Virus record (IMG/VR): IMGVR_UViG_2908873634_000001
Span: 28,593 to 92,592 of that record
Strand: one strand, 5' to 3'
Origin: a virus
Lineage: Duplodnaviria; Caudoviricetes
Length of the DNA: 64,000 bases
The translations under genes were made by a program, and so were the position numbers. Below, piece after piece: positions 1 through 10,962 of the stretch. The notes under the pieces were generated by a model. That model made no database searches. It was given only the letters and a program-made list of their open reading frames with translations, and had not been told where the DNA came from. Each line of letters starts with the position of its first letter. Position 1 is the first letter of the stretch.

Positions 1-1293
1 CCGGTTGCCGACCTGCCGAGTGGTCGATAACCACTCGGGCACGCTGTGCGGGCATGGCGGGGTTGAGTCCCGTCGGTCCCGTACATCATCGACAGAAGCA
101 GCGTGACCTCGAGCGGCTCCCCAGCCGGCACGCTTGTCCTCCGCCCGCATCGCGCATGCCGGGCAGGGCTCCCGGGTGTGGACGTCGGTCCGGTCGTCGC
201 AGGAGATGCTGCTGCACTCCGGGGTGTCCTCCAGCATCCGCAGCAGTGGCCCGTACGGCGGCCGCGGTGTCCGGCCGGCGTCCGTCTCGGTCTTCCAGGC
301 GGGCAGGAGCTGCTCGGCCCAGTACCGGTCCCACCTCGGGAGGACGCGGTACTCGACGAGCTGCTGCACGGTCCGCTCCCGGGGCTGTCCGGCAGCGAGG
401 GCCTCGACGATGCCGTGGGAGACGTTCGTCGGCAGCTTGTTGCCGAGAACCGCATTCAGCTCCTGGGGCAGGAGAGCCCGGACGGCCTGCACCTGGTCGC
501 GTTGCTGCTTCGAGAGACGGGGCTTGCTTGTCGCGGGCGCGGCGGAGCCGCCTCCCGAGAGCCCTTACTACCTGTAGAGGCCTGACGGCATCCAGCGGGG
601 CTACGCCCCGAAGGGGCAGCGTTCTGACTGAGGGTTGCAACTGATGGTTCAAGGGGTGACATCGGTGACGCCCCGGGGGTGACATAGATGTCGGGGGAGG
701 GTGACATAGATGTCACCCCTCCCCTTCTGCAGGTACGCGTTCCGACTCGGTTCTTGAAGGCTCGCTTCTGGCGAGCGGCTTGGAGGCGGCGGCCTTCCGC
801 CCTCGGGCCCGCTGGGACTCCTTCGCCGCCGCTGCGCGTGCCGCGGCTGCTGTTGCGGCCGCGTAGGAAGCCTTGATCGCGTCCGCATCTGCTGACAACG
901 CAGCAGCCGCCGCAGAACCTTCACGGAAGTCGGCCTCGACGGGAGCCTGTGCCCACATGCTCGAGCGCGCTTCCTTCGGCGTCACGATCTCCTCGAATGG
1001 GACACCCGTGCCCGCGTACTCATCCCAGGGCCATGAAGGAAGTACCGGTTCGACGTCTGGGAGCCATCGCTACGGAAGGCTGGCTTGTCGGACATGAGCC
1101 GAAGCTCGATGAGGAACTCGATCGCCCGCTGAACGGTCCGCTCGCTCTTCTCAGCCTCGGCAGCCAGCAGGCCGATGGAGGGGTGGCAGGAGAAGCGCTC
1201 GTCAGCACGATCGGCCAGACGCCCAAGGACGAACTTCGCCGTCAGGTTGCCGACCTTTAGGCGCGTTGCATAGTTGTATGCCTCGATGCTCAC
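1..1293 (-). CDS. Phage-type replication initiator-like protein with N-terminal winged HTH (frameshifted; 3' end uncertain)
   Basis: GGAGG-N6-GTG start; AKFVLGRLADRADERFSCHPSIGLLAAEAEKSERTVQRAIEFL resembles HTH_36; mid-gene iteron-coded VTSMSP/VTPGASPMSP; C-terminal Cys pairs; stitched from several frames. Confidence 0.65.
653..724. repeat. Three tandem palindromic iterons, consensus GGGGTGACATAGATGTCACCCC; probable origin inside the rep gene
   Basis: GGGGTGACATCGGTGACGCCCC, GGGGTGACATAGATGTCGGGGG and GAGGGTGACATAGATGTCACCCCTC at about 22-23 bp spacing. Confidence 0.7.
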
Positions 1294-1494
1294 TGCATAC
1301 CTCCGGCCATCCGGACGATCACGCAGCGTGGACTTGCGAGGGAAGTGATACTTGCAGGTACTCTCGACACCGAGATACCTCTTTCGCGAGATGGGTCTTG
1401 GTGCAGCGGGTCGCAGTCCGCTGTTGTGCTTCGGAGGCCGGTGAGTCGCTAGCTCGCCGGCCTTCGGCATGTCCAGGCTGAGAAGCCCGGAGGC

Positions 1495-1758
1495 TCACGT
1501 GGTTCGGGCCTGTCTCGCGCGTTCGCGTTCCCGGAAGAACTCCAGGAAAGGTTCCGTGGCCATGACGGTGGCGTTGGCGAGCGGCCAGTACGGGTGGGCC
1601 CGGCCTTCACCAAAAGGCCAGGCGGGGTCGTGTTCGGCGATGTGGCGGACGCCCTGGTGGGTGATCCGATCAACGATGCCGAGCTCGACGAGTAGGGCGG
1701 CGCCGCTCTGGAAGGTGACGGCCGGCGGCAGCGGGTTATCGGCCACAAAGCACCCCAT
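1495..1758 (-). CDS. Small putative DNA-binding protein
   Basis: Clean 87-aa ORF upstream of the rep-like gene; VTFQSGAALLVELG..ITHQGVRHIA is HTH-like. Confidence 0.55.
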   Translation of the reverse strand: MGCFVADNPLPPAVTFQSGAALLVELGIVDRITHQGVRHIAEHDPAWPFGEGRAHPYWPLANATVMATEPFLEFFRERERARQARTT

Positions 1759-1776
1759 TTAGGGCGCAGGTCTTCG

Positions 1777-1797
1777 TACTAGTGAGAGTCACTAGTA
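1777..1797. promoter_or_regulatory. Inverted-repeat operator TACTAGTGA-N3-TCACTAGTA
   Basis: Perfect 9-bp arms, AT-rich, about 20 bp upstream of the 87-aa gene. Confidence 0.6.
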
Positions 1798-1950
1798 GGC
1801 TCATCTCGAACCTCTCTCGCAAGGGTTGGTTCACATGGCCGCGTACGTCTTCGCAGGACAGCGGCCATAAGGGCGGTCGGCCGGTCGGGAAACCGGTCGG
1901 CCGTCATCACGCTCGGGCTCGTCTACGGGCCCATGCCGTCACTCCTCTCC

Positions 1951-3154
1951 TCACGCGGCCAGCGCGTTGATCGCGGCCACAGTCTCAGCGGCAGTCCGAT
2001 TCCTGGCATACCGGGGCGCACCGAGCATGCCCGCCAGTCGGTCGGCTCGCTTCACGATCCACGAGATCTGCTCTTCCTCAGGCAACGAGAGGATCGGCTG
2101 GATGGCGTCGGCCGCTCCTCGACGTCGTCGAGCTGTACCCGAGCTGTTGCGAGGTAGATGTGCGCCAGGCGCTCATCGTCCAGCGACCGCTCCGTCTCGG
2201 GCCCGGCCTGCCACAGCTCAATCGCCGCAGTCGCCTCCCGGGCTGCGCGCTCGGCGTCGTGACCGCCCTGGAGCCAGATCAGCGACGAGCCGGCGTAGTA
2301 CGACTGCTTCGCCCTCGAGAACCCGAAGAGCCCCTCAAGGGAGTCCGGTCGGCGGATCCGTTCCCGTGCGGCCTCGGCCTCGTCGAGCGCGCTGTTCGCC
2401 GCCCGGGAGTCTCCGAGGTTCGCCAGGCACTGGGCCTCGCCGCATCGCAGCCGGGCCTCGCCCGTACCGTGACCGGCGCCGACCCACTGGTAGCCGTCCT
2501 GGATGTGCTCCAGGGCCCGCCCGTAGTCCCCTTGGAACCGGGAGATCAGCGACCGCGTGCCCGCCACCCAGGCGGCAAGCTCGGAGTCGCCCGCGAACTC
2601 GGCACATCGGCCCGCAGCAATCGCGTGCTCGTGCGCTTCCTCCGCGTCGCCCAGGTCGAGCAGGGCGTACGCCAGAACCCCGGACAGCCTGCCCGCGGCA
2701 ACGTACAGGTCCGTACGGTCTGTAGGCCGGAAGTGCCCGGACCGAAGCCGCTCGAACGCCTCACCCCTCAGGGCGTGCGCCCGGTTCATCATCGGCGCCG
2801 GCGGATTGCCGAGGTAGTCGAAGGCTGTGGCCTCCACGCCCTCCTGGAGCTCCGAGATGTCGAGGTCCGCGAGCGCGGTGAGGTCCCGCGACATCGCGAG
2901 TGCTGCCGCCCGGGTCCTGTGCGCGGCCGCAGCCGCGCGCCGGTCGAGGTCCTCGCGGCGCCAGAGCGAGACCAGCTCGCCGTTCGCGCCGAGCACCTCG
3001 TCGGCCTTCTCCGCCACGTCACCCGGCGTGGGCCTGCGCCCGGACTCGAAGTGGTGCAGGGAGGTCCGGTCGTAGTGCACGCGCTGAGCGAACTCGGCAT
3101 CGACATGCCAGCCAACAGGCGTAGCTGGCGGAGACGTTCAGGGAAGGTCGTCAT
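1951..3154 (-). CDS. XRE-family HTH regulator with TPR-like C-terminal domain (frameshifted)
   Basis: FPERLRQLRLLAGMS..YDRTSLHHFESGRR HTH; helical repeats LSGVLAYALLDLGD and EAQCLANLGD. Confidence 0.8.
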
Positions 3155-3347
3155 GCTCTGAGCTTTCCTCCTCTCGGGGTTCTAGGGCAGTGGTTCGTGA
3201 CGTTCTTTGGCAGCTATGCGGCTTATGGGGTGTGGCAGATCCGGGCTGGATCACTTGCCACGCTGCCGTAGCTCCTCCTCCTGACCCTCCAGTGCTGGCA
3301 TGGGGTTGTACCTGATCCCAGCCGCTACGGAGAGCCGCATGCGCCGC

Positions 3348-3641
3348 TTACGAATCGGCCGACTCGCCGGTCTGCCTTCGTTCCTCTCTCTTCGCAAAGT
3401 GCACTCCGTGCTGGGGGTTGCGGGCCTCGAAGTAGGCCTTCACGGGCTCCCACGGCAGGAAGTAGTAGCGGCCGACCTTCTGCCACTGCTCCTTCGGGAT
3501 CGGGAAGTCCGGGTCTCGGTGCGCGAGCTGCTGGACTCGCTGCTTGCTGAGTTCTACGCGTCTCGCGATCTCCGCGAGCGTCACCATCTCTGGCGCCCTC
3601 CCTTCCTCAGTCGCGTTCGGTTCGTTCTCAACATTACCCAT
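3348..3641 (-). CDS. AlpA/excisionase-like HTH protein, probable regulator of the divergent transfer operon
   Basis: MVTLAEIARRVELSKQRVQQLAHRDPDFP..VGRYYFLPWEPV. Confidence 0.7.
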   Translation of the reverse strand: MGNVENEPNATEEGRAPEMVTLAEIARRVELSKQRVQQLAHRDPDFPIPKEQWQKVGRYYFLPWEPVKAYFEARNPQHGVHFAKREERRQTGESADS

Positions 3642-3797
3642 GATGTTGACCCAAGTCTATATCAGTGGTCTACTGGAGATACAGCACGACCCCGGGCCAG
3701 CTTTCGCCGGAACCGGGGCCGCGTGTCCTCAAGCGGTGCTCGAACACCACTAAGGACGTGGAACCCGCCCTACCTGCACACACAGGAGGCCGATCCC

Positions 3798-4127
3798 ATG
3801 AAGGATCGTCGCACAAGGAGTCTCGGGAGTGCTATGCACCCCGCTGACGTCGTCAACCAGGTCCCCACCACCAACTTCTTCTCCGAGGCCGGGCGCCGCG
3901 CCGAGGCCGACGACATGCACGTCACTTGCCGGGCCCGCCGGACGTACGCCGACATGGTGCCGGGTGAGTCCCGCCAGCCCGTCCTCACCCTCGCCCCGAC
4001 CGTCCGCTTCCTGCCGGTCGTCGCTGCGAACACCGAGCCGTGCATCTTCTGCGAGCACTACTCCTGCAACGGCACCGACTGCCACGGCTTCACCCCGGCC
4101 CCGACCAGCCTGCGGAGCGTGGCGTGA
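3798..4127 (+). CDS. Hypothetical protein with C-terminal CxxC..C motif, first gene of the transfer operon
   Basis: AGGAGG RBS; MKDRRT..CIFCEHYSCNGTDC. Confidence 0.6.
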   Translation: MKDRRTRSLGSAMHPADVVNQVPTTNFFSEAGRRAEADDMHVTCRARRTYADMVPGESRQPVLTLAPTVRFLPVVAANTEPCIFCEHYSCNGTDCHGFTPAPTSLRSVA

Positions 4128-4517
4128 TGGCCGACACCGACTACGACGACATCGACCCCCAGCTCATCGCCGACATCGAGGACCTGTTCGCGGGCCTCCA
4201 CCCCTCGACTTCTCGACGACGTCCTCCACTCCGACTTCCCGGAAGCCGCCGAAGAGTCCTACAAGACGCTCGTCCTCAGCCAGATCCCCGCCTTCGACGA
4301 CGAGGACGCCGTCATCGACTGGGACGCCCCGAGCACCCAGGACACGACGCCCACGGGTGAGGTCGACCCGCTCCTGATCGACGCCATGGAGTACCTCCAC
4401 TCCCGCATCAACCGGTCGGCGCTGCTGAACGCGGTCCTCGACTCGGCGAACCCTCAGGGCGCGGTCCAGGCGTTCGAGGACCTGGCGCCCGGCGGCTGGG
4501 GCGGCGAGCCCCAGTGA
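4127..4517 (+). CDS. Acidic hypothetical protein (frameshifted)
   Basis: TGATG coupling; MADTDYDDIDPQLIADIEDLF. Confidence 0.55.
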
Positions 4518-4933
4518 ACGAGTACCCGCCCATCCACCGCCCGGGCGAGATGGCCCCGATCCCGGACCGCCGCCATCCGATGCCCCCGCTCGACGACGGC
4601 CTCGGCGGAATCCTCGACGACACCGCAGGCATCCACCCCGGCATCGACCTCATCCGCGACGGCCTCCGCCTCCTCGCCCTCGACCACCTCACCCGCGAGC
4701 AGACCATGAGCGTCCTCGCCGCCCTGGCCGGCGCCGAACAGAACCTCGCCGACGGCATCGGGCACCTCGTCGAACGCCTCACCAACCCGACCACCAACCC
4801 CGCCCTGACTCACCTCGACCCCGACACCGCGAAGAACGTCCAGCTCGAAGGCGAGCGGTACCGGCACGAGACCACCGCGTACGGATCCCGGCCTCGTGCC
4901 GCCGAAGCCATCGCCCTCATCGACGGCATCTAG
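4514..4933 (+). CDS. Hypothetical protein
   Basis: Clean 139-aa ORF, GTGA overlap, high GC3. Confidence 0.7.
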   Translation: MNEYPPIHRPGEMAPIPDRRHPMPPLDDGLGGILDDTAGIHPGIDLIRDGLRLLALDHLTREQTMSVLAALAGAEQNLADGIGHLVERLTNPTTNPALTHLDPDTAKNVQLEGERYRHETTAYGSRPRAAEAIALIDGI

Positions 4934-4968
4934 CCCGCTTCACCAACCACCTTCCGAAGGGACCTCTC

Positions 4969-5169
4969 ATGCCGAACAAGATCAACCTCAACGCGATCGT
5001 CCTCCTGCTCACTTCAGCGATCGGCGGCCTGACCACCGGCTACCTGATCCGGTACACGGACACCTCGCTCAGCATCGCCTTCATCGTCGCCTTCCTCACC
5101 GTGAGCGCCATCCGAGGCGAGACGCGCGCCAACAGGCTTGCCGCGGCCAAGACCACCGCTGGCTCCTGA
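4969..5169 (+). CDS. Small two-TM membrane protein
   Basis: Two hydrophobic segments, RBS present. Confidence 0.65.
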   Translation: MPNKINLNAIVLLLTSAIGGLTTGYLIRYTDTSLSIAFIVAFLTVSAIRGETRANRLAAAKTTAGS

Positions 5170-5234
5170 CCCCGCCTCACCGGGGCCCGGCACCACCGCC
5201 GGGCCCCGACCACCAAGCCCCGAAGGAACTCGCC

Positions 5235-5555
5235 ATGACCACCACAGCCCCCGCCGAGACCGCCTGGCCCGAAGGTGTCATCGCCCGCTACCTCACCGTC
5301 GGCGGCGCCACCGTCGACCTGACCGAGGAGTCCGCCTACTACATCCCCACCCCGCCCACCCAGACCCGAGCGCAATGCAGCGGCTGTGGCGACCGGGAGA
5401 CCAAGGAGTGGGGCTTCAACATCCTCGCGCACGAGAACGGCCGACCCCAGCCCGACGAGTTCGACGAAGGCGGCCGCTACACCACGCCCAGGCTCCGCAG
5501 GTGGGCCCAGCGCCACGCCGAGAAGTGCCGCGCCATGCCCAAGCCGACCACCTGA
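5235..5555 (+). CDS. Hypothetical protein
   Basis: AAGGA RBS; WPEGVIARYLTVGGATVDL, CSGC and HAEKC motifs. Confidence 0.7.
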   Translation: MTTTAPAETAWPEGVIARYLTVGGATVDLTEESAYYIPTPPTQTRAQCSGCGDRETKEWGFNILAHENGRPQPDEFDEGGRYTTPRLRRWAQRHAEKCRAMPKPTT

Positions 5556-5649
5556 CCTACCCAGCCCCGGACCCGGCGTGACGCTGCCGGATCAGATCCG
5601 GCCCGGGGCACTCCACCCGACCACCCCGCACACCTGAAGGAGCCCCGCC

Positions 5650-5883
5650 ATGCCCGTTCTCGCCCTGATCCCGTCCGACGGCCCGTCCGAGCAGCAGCTC
5701 GCCGAGATCGAGGCCGGTGTCCGCGCCTCCGTCGTTGCCGACTACCTGGCCGCGCAGCGCACCGGTGACCGGCTCGGGCTGCTGGCTGCCGAGTACCTGG
5801 CCGCCCGCATCGACGAGTCCACTCCGGACGGGCCGCGGCTCGCCGACGAGCTCGCCGGCCTCAACCAGCCCGCCGCGGCCTGA
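5650..5883 (+). CDS. Hypothetical protein
   Basis: AAGGAG RBS, clean ORF. Confidence 0.65.
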   Translation: MPVLALIPSDGPSEQQLAEIEAGVRASVVADYLAAQRTGDRLGLLAAEYLAARIDESTPDGPRLADELAGLNQPAAA

Positions 5884-5892
5884 GGTCACCCG

Positions 5893-6401
5893 ATGAGCAT
5901 CGCCCCGTACAAGCTTGACGCCCGGCACCAGCCCGGTCTCGCCCGCGTTGAGGCCATCGCCGACAACTGCTCCGGCATCGTCATCCGCGAACTCGGCGAA
6001 GGCGTCGGCCACGTCGACATCCACGTCACCAACCGCCGCTACTTCGCTGCGGCCGTCATCGCCGCCGAGCAGCAGGCCATCGGCACGACCGGCCGACCCG
6101 TACTGAGCGAAGGCTACGACAACTGGAGCTTCACCACCGTCTCGCCCGCGGCGCCGTCATGGTCATCGACGTCGAGTCGTGCCGCACCAACCGTGAGATC
6201 GACCGCACCCTCATCCACGAGTTCGTGCACGCCGCCCAGTTCCGGCGGCCCGGCGTCCGCGACTCCGTCCTTGCCGGACTCCACAATAACTACGGCCTCC
6301 ACCGGCTGTCCCGGTGGGAGGCGAAGCGGCTGAACCGGCAGGTCGCCGCCCACGAACGCGAGGCCCGGAGCCTCGAACGCTACGCCCGCAAGCTCCCCTG
6401 A
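5893..6401 (+). CDS. HExxH zincin-like protein (frameshifted)
   Basis: DRTLIHEFVHAAQF followed by a downstream HEREA. Confidence 0.6.
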
Positions 6402-6420
6402 CCTCGAAAGGAGGCCCGTC

Positions 6421-6717
6421 ATGGGCTGGAGCATCTCGCACGGCGGCACCTGCCACGGCTACTCGTACAGCGGTGTCGACGAGCTCGTACACCGATGCAG
6501 CGGCATCCTCACCCGCAGGGACTTGGACCGAGTCAAGAAGGTCATGCGGCCCGGTTCCGGTGACGCGTTCAAGGTGAAGCCGAAGCAGGCCAGGGAAGTC
6601 GGCGAGGCCCTCGTCCTCGCGGCCGGCTACCTCCCCCGGAGGGGCGACATGGCCCGCCAGATCGGTCAGTCCGCCCTCCGCGCCGCGTCCGCCAACGAGC
6701 CGTGGATGTGGTCCTGA
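6421..6717 (+). CDS. Conserved-looking hypothetical protein
   Basis: AAGGAGG RBS; MGWSISHG..EPWMWS. Confidence 0.7.
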   Translation: MGWSISHGGTCHGYSYSGVDELVHRCSGILTRRDLDRVKKVMRPGSGDAFKVKPKQAREVGEALVLAAGYLPRRGDMARQIGQSALRAASANEPWMWS

Positions 6718-7268
6718 TGGCCAACCCGTGGCGCAGCACCCAGACGATCGGTGACCTCGGCCAGGCGATGGCCGACTGGCTGGAGGCCCGCATCCCGGCC
6801 CGGCCCGGCTACTTCGACACCCGGCCCGACACCGAGACCGACCACCTCATCCCGACCCTGGCCCGCCTGTGCCGCGGCGGGTACGTCACCGTCGACAGCC
6901 AGCCCGGCCTGGAAGGCCCCGGCCACGACGGTGCCCACTGGCGGCAGAAGGCCTACGTCGAGGGCTACCTCGACGGCCGGGGCCCGCTCCTGCGGCAGAT
7001 CCTGCGGGCCGCCGAGGGTGCGGGGATGGGCACGATCCGCGCCAACCGGCCGCCCGCCACCCCGGTCCCGTTCACCGACCGCGACGGGCAGCCGACCTCC
7101 GGGATCACCACCCGGTTCCCGAGGAACCAGCTCGCCCGCGAGTGGGACGGTATCGGCCGCCGCGCGTTCCGCGACCTCCGTGCCCACGGTGTCCACCTCG
7201 TCATCTACGACCCGGTGTGGGGCCGCAACGACCGTCTGTGGCCCGCGTTGACGGGGGCGGTCCGGTGA
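6717..7268 (+). CDS. DUF6919-like protein
   Basis: DLGQAMADWLE..GYVTVDSQPG..WRQKAYVEG..DPVWGRNDRLW. Confidence 0.65.
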   Translation: MANPWRSTQTIGDLGQAMADWLEARIPARPGYFDTRPDTETDHLIPTLARLCRGGYVTVDSQPGLEGPGHDGAHWRQKAYVEGYLDGRGPLLRQILRAAEGAGMGTIRANRPPATPVPFTDRDGQPTSGITTRFPRNQLAREWDGIGRRAFRDLRAHGVHLVIYDPVWGRNDRLWPALTGAVR

Positions 7269-7480
7269 GCATTGGCTGGCTGATCGGCCTCACCAGGGCC
7301 CGCGTGTTCTTCCTGTTCGCCGGCCTCGCCTGGGTCTTCGGGCTCCAGGCTCCGGCCCTCGTCCGCCTCGCGCTCGTCGTCCTCGCCGCCGTTGCGGTCG
7401 CCGGGGATGGCCTCCTCGACGAGCAGCGCGTCGCCCGCACCACCCAGACCACCGTCCCGCCGCAGCGCACCCACGCCTAA
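7265..7480 (+). CDS. Small membrane protein
   Basis: GTGA overlap, two hydrophobic segments. Confidence 0.6.
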   Translation: MSIGWLIGLTRARVFFLFAGLAWVFGLQAPALVRLALVVLAAVAVAGDGLLDEQRVARTTQTTVPPQRTHA

Positions 7481-7501
7481 CCCCCGAAAGGACTGATCGC
7501 C

Positions 7502-8879
7502 GTGAGCAGCAGCTACCGCTCCTGGGAGGAGCGTGAGGCCGAGGCCACGAAGACCCGCGCCGAAGCGGCCCTCCTCGCAGCGCAGGCCGAAGCCGCCAAG
7601 CAGGACCTCGGCACCGGGGCGGCGAAGACCGCGACCGAGCAGCTCGCCGAGCAGGTCAAGCAGGCCCGGCTCCGTAAGCAGCTCACCGCCGTCGAGGACG
7701 ACGCCGCCGACGACCAGGCGCAGCGCGACGAGCGCCGCCGCGAGGCCGCCCTCGACAAGGGCGTCTTCAAGAAGCTCGTCGCCGTCATCTTCGTCCTCGG
7801 GCTCCTCGCCTCCCTGCCGTCGCTCACCACGTACTTCCTCGACCTGCGGGCCGAGGGCGGCCCGGACCGGCCGGCCTGGTACCTGCTGCCGGTGCCGCTC
7901 TTCCTGGAGCTCCTCGCCTTCACCGCGGTCAAGGGCGCCCAGTGGGCCGTCCGCAAGGGCTTCGCCCGCTGGCCGTTCTGGATCCTCACCGCGACGCTCG
8001 CCGGGTTTGCCGGGTTCATCAACGGCGCGAAGGGCGCCGAGCTGTTCGGTCCGATCGCCGGCCTCGCGCTCGCCGCCACCTCCGTCGTCGGCCCGGTCCT
8101 CGTCGAGGTCCGCGAGATCATCGAGGCCCGATCCGCAGGCGACAACCGGGACGCCGTCCAGCGGGCCGCCGACAAGGCCAAGGCCCGCGCCGAAGCCGCG
8201 GTGGCGAAGGAGAAGGAGCAGCGGGAGAAGCGGCAGGACGCCGACCGCAAGGCGATGTTCCCGGAGCAGCACGAGGTGTACCTGAAGATCCTCGCCTCCG
8301 TCCCGGCCGGCTCGATGGACCGAGACGAGGCGTGGAAGGAAGCCGGCGCCGCCGTCCGCTTCCCCGACGTCCACGACCGGATGCTGTCGCTCATCTCCTG
8401 CCCGGTGCCCCGTCCCGCCCGGAGGCGTTCGCTGCCTCGTGGCGCGACCTGTACGGCGGCCCGCTCGGCGTCACCGCGAACGTCCTCGACCGCCGGCTGA
8501 AGGCGGAGGCGGACCTCGCCTCCGTCCTGGAGGCCGCCGAGGTCACCCCGAGCGCATCGCCGTCGACCGTCTCCTCGCCGACCTGTTCCCGACCCGGACG
8601 GGAGGCGACGACGGCCCCGCGATGGCTGCCCCAAAGAGGGGGCCCCAGGGCCGTCCAAGACCCCCGGAGCCCTAGGGGGATTGAGAAGCGCCCGTCCGGA
8701 CGGCAGCCCCGCGCTGACGCCACGGAGCCCCTCAAGGCCGAGGACATCGAGAAGGCGACGAAGTTCCGCGACGCCGTCCCTCCCGCCCAGTTCTCCACCC
8801 CGCGGTCGCCAAGCTCCTCGGCCGCAGCAAGGTCTACGCCCGCCGCGTCCGTGACGCCGTCCAGCCCGAGCAGAGCTGA
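7502..8879 (+). CDS. SpdB2-like spreading protein: coiled coil plus four TM segments (frameshifted)
   Basis: N-terminal coiled coil, about four TM helices, HTH-like tail; lies directly before traB. Confidence 0.65.
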
Positions 8880-8890
8880 GGACCCCCGCC

Positions 8891-10950
8891 ATGACCACCG
8901 CCACCCACACCCCGCAGGACACTGGCCGCCCGACCCTCACCGTCGTCCCCGAGCAGACCGCCCCCGCCGTTGAGGGCACGGTCGTCGAGCACCAGGGCAA
9001 CACCGTCGCCCGGCCCGCGTGGGCCGTGTCCGCCGCCGAGCGGGCCCGGCTCGCCCGGCGCCACGCCACCGCCAACCGGCTGTACGGCCCGTGGATCGCC
9101 CGCGGCTACTGGCGCCTCACCCGTAGCTGGTTCGCCGGCTGGCGCGACGACCACCCCCAGATGATCGCCACCGCCAAGGCCGACCGGAAGAACGCCAAGG
9201 GCGACGCCGCCGCCGAGGCGAGGGCCCACGGTCTCGTCCGGGCCCGCCGCGCCGACTACCTCCGCCACCGCCTCATCTACAGCGCCAAGACCGGCGTCTG
9301 GACCGGGCTCGCTGGAGGCGGCGTCACCGTCGCCACCCTCGGCGCGCCCCTCCTCGACATCCCCTCGCCCTCGCCGCCCTCGGGCTCGGCGCCTGGCACG
9401 GGCGGCCCGACGCCCCCACCCAGCAGCTCCTTCACCGCAGCCGTCGCCGACGGCGCAGCGCCCGCCCCAGCAGCCGGACTTGCCGCCCCCGAAGACCAGC
9501 GAGTCCTCGGCGCGCTGGCGAAGCTCGGCTTCGACGGCGAAACCGTCCAGCCCATGACCCGGCAGCCCGGCGGCGCCTTCACCACCGTCATCGACCTCGA
9601 CGACACCGTCACCGCCCTCAAGAGCAAGACCGAAGCGCTCGCCGGCGCCCTGCGCAGGGACGTGTCCATGGTCGACGTCAGCAAGGGCGAGCACGCCAAC
9701 CAGGCCCGGATCTGGCTCGCCGACACCGACCCGTTCGAAAACACCCGCCCCTCCCCGCTCGTCCAGGCCCCCGGCCCGGTCGACGCCTGGAACGACGGCG
9801 TACCCGTCGGCTGGGGCAAGCGCGGCAACACCGTCCGCCTGCTCGTCCGCAACCAGCACACCCTCATCGGCGGCACCACCCGCTCCGGCAAGGGCGTCGG
9901 CATGGCCAACCTCCTCGTCGGCGCCGCCATGGACCCCCGCATCAACCTACGGATCGTCGCCGGCAAGGAGAACGGCGAGTTCGACGCCCTCGGCCGCGCC
10001 GGAGTCGCCGCCACCTACTTCAAGCCCCACCCGGCTCGGCTCCTCGCCCTCACCGAGGCGCTGATCGCCGACATGGACCGCCGCAACAGGCTCCTCGGCG
10101 ACCTCGCCAAGTCGAAGATGACCGAGGACACCATCATGCGGCTCGGCGGCATCGAACTGGTCGTCATCGACGAGGTCGCCACCTACACCGGCCCCGGAAG
10201 CCACGACGACCGCGACCAGTTGCTGGAGAACTTGATGAAGATCGCCGCCGTGGCGACCGGCGCCGGGATCCTCCTCGTCCTCACCACCCAGTTGCCCCAG
10301 GTCGACGTCATCCCCACCCGCCTGTCGATGAACTGCGGCACCAAGTGGGCCATGAAGGTCGACAGCGGCACCCAGTCCAACACGATCCTCGGCTCCGGCC
10401 TCGCCGGCTCCGGCGGCCCGGACGCCTCGAAGTTCGACCCGCCGCGGCCCGGCCTGGGCTGGCTGAACAACCCGTTCGCCGGCGGCACCGACCTCGCCCG
10501 CAGCTTCGACCTCGACGAGGACGAGCGCGGGAGGTCACCCGGCTCATGAAGTACGCGGCCAAGCTCCGCGAGGACGCCGGGCGCCTGGCCGGACAGTGGG
10601 ACGACCCGATCGAGCAGCACCTGACCGCCGCGACCGGCCTGTCGTCGGCCGCCGGCGGCCCCGAGCGCAACGGACGGCCCGGCCGCACCGGTGGACTGCC
10701 TGCCAGCGAGCTCCTGGTGAACCGGGCGATCGAGGCCCTGACCCGGGCCGGGGTGGACCGGATGCGGCCCGAGCCCCTCGCGGACGCTTTGCGGGCGGAG
10801 TGGGGCTACCCGGACCTGACGGCCGACGAACTCAAGAAGCGGCTGAAGGACGCCGGCGTCGGCAGCCCCGTTCCGCTCGGCGAGATCGACGGGATGGCCA
10901 ACCCGCGCGGCTACAAGCTCGACGCCCTCAAGGCCGCCGGAAGCCTGTAA
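8891..10950 (+). CDS. traB: TraB conjugative FtsK/SpoIIIE-family DNA translocase (frameshifted)
   Basis: Walker A HTLIGGTTRSGKG, Walker B LVVIDE, LVLTTQLP, C-terminal wHTH ending RGYKLDAL. Confidence 0.9.
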
Positions 10951-10962
10951 TGCCCTGATCGT

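Noticed and set aside
1870-1950. Micro-ORF after the XRE-TPR gene (GAGGAG-N7-ATG GGC CCG TAG)
   Set aside because: Only three codons as read; extending it needs an assumed indel, and the adjacent hairpin is explained as a terminator
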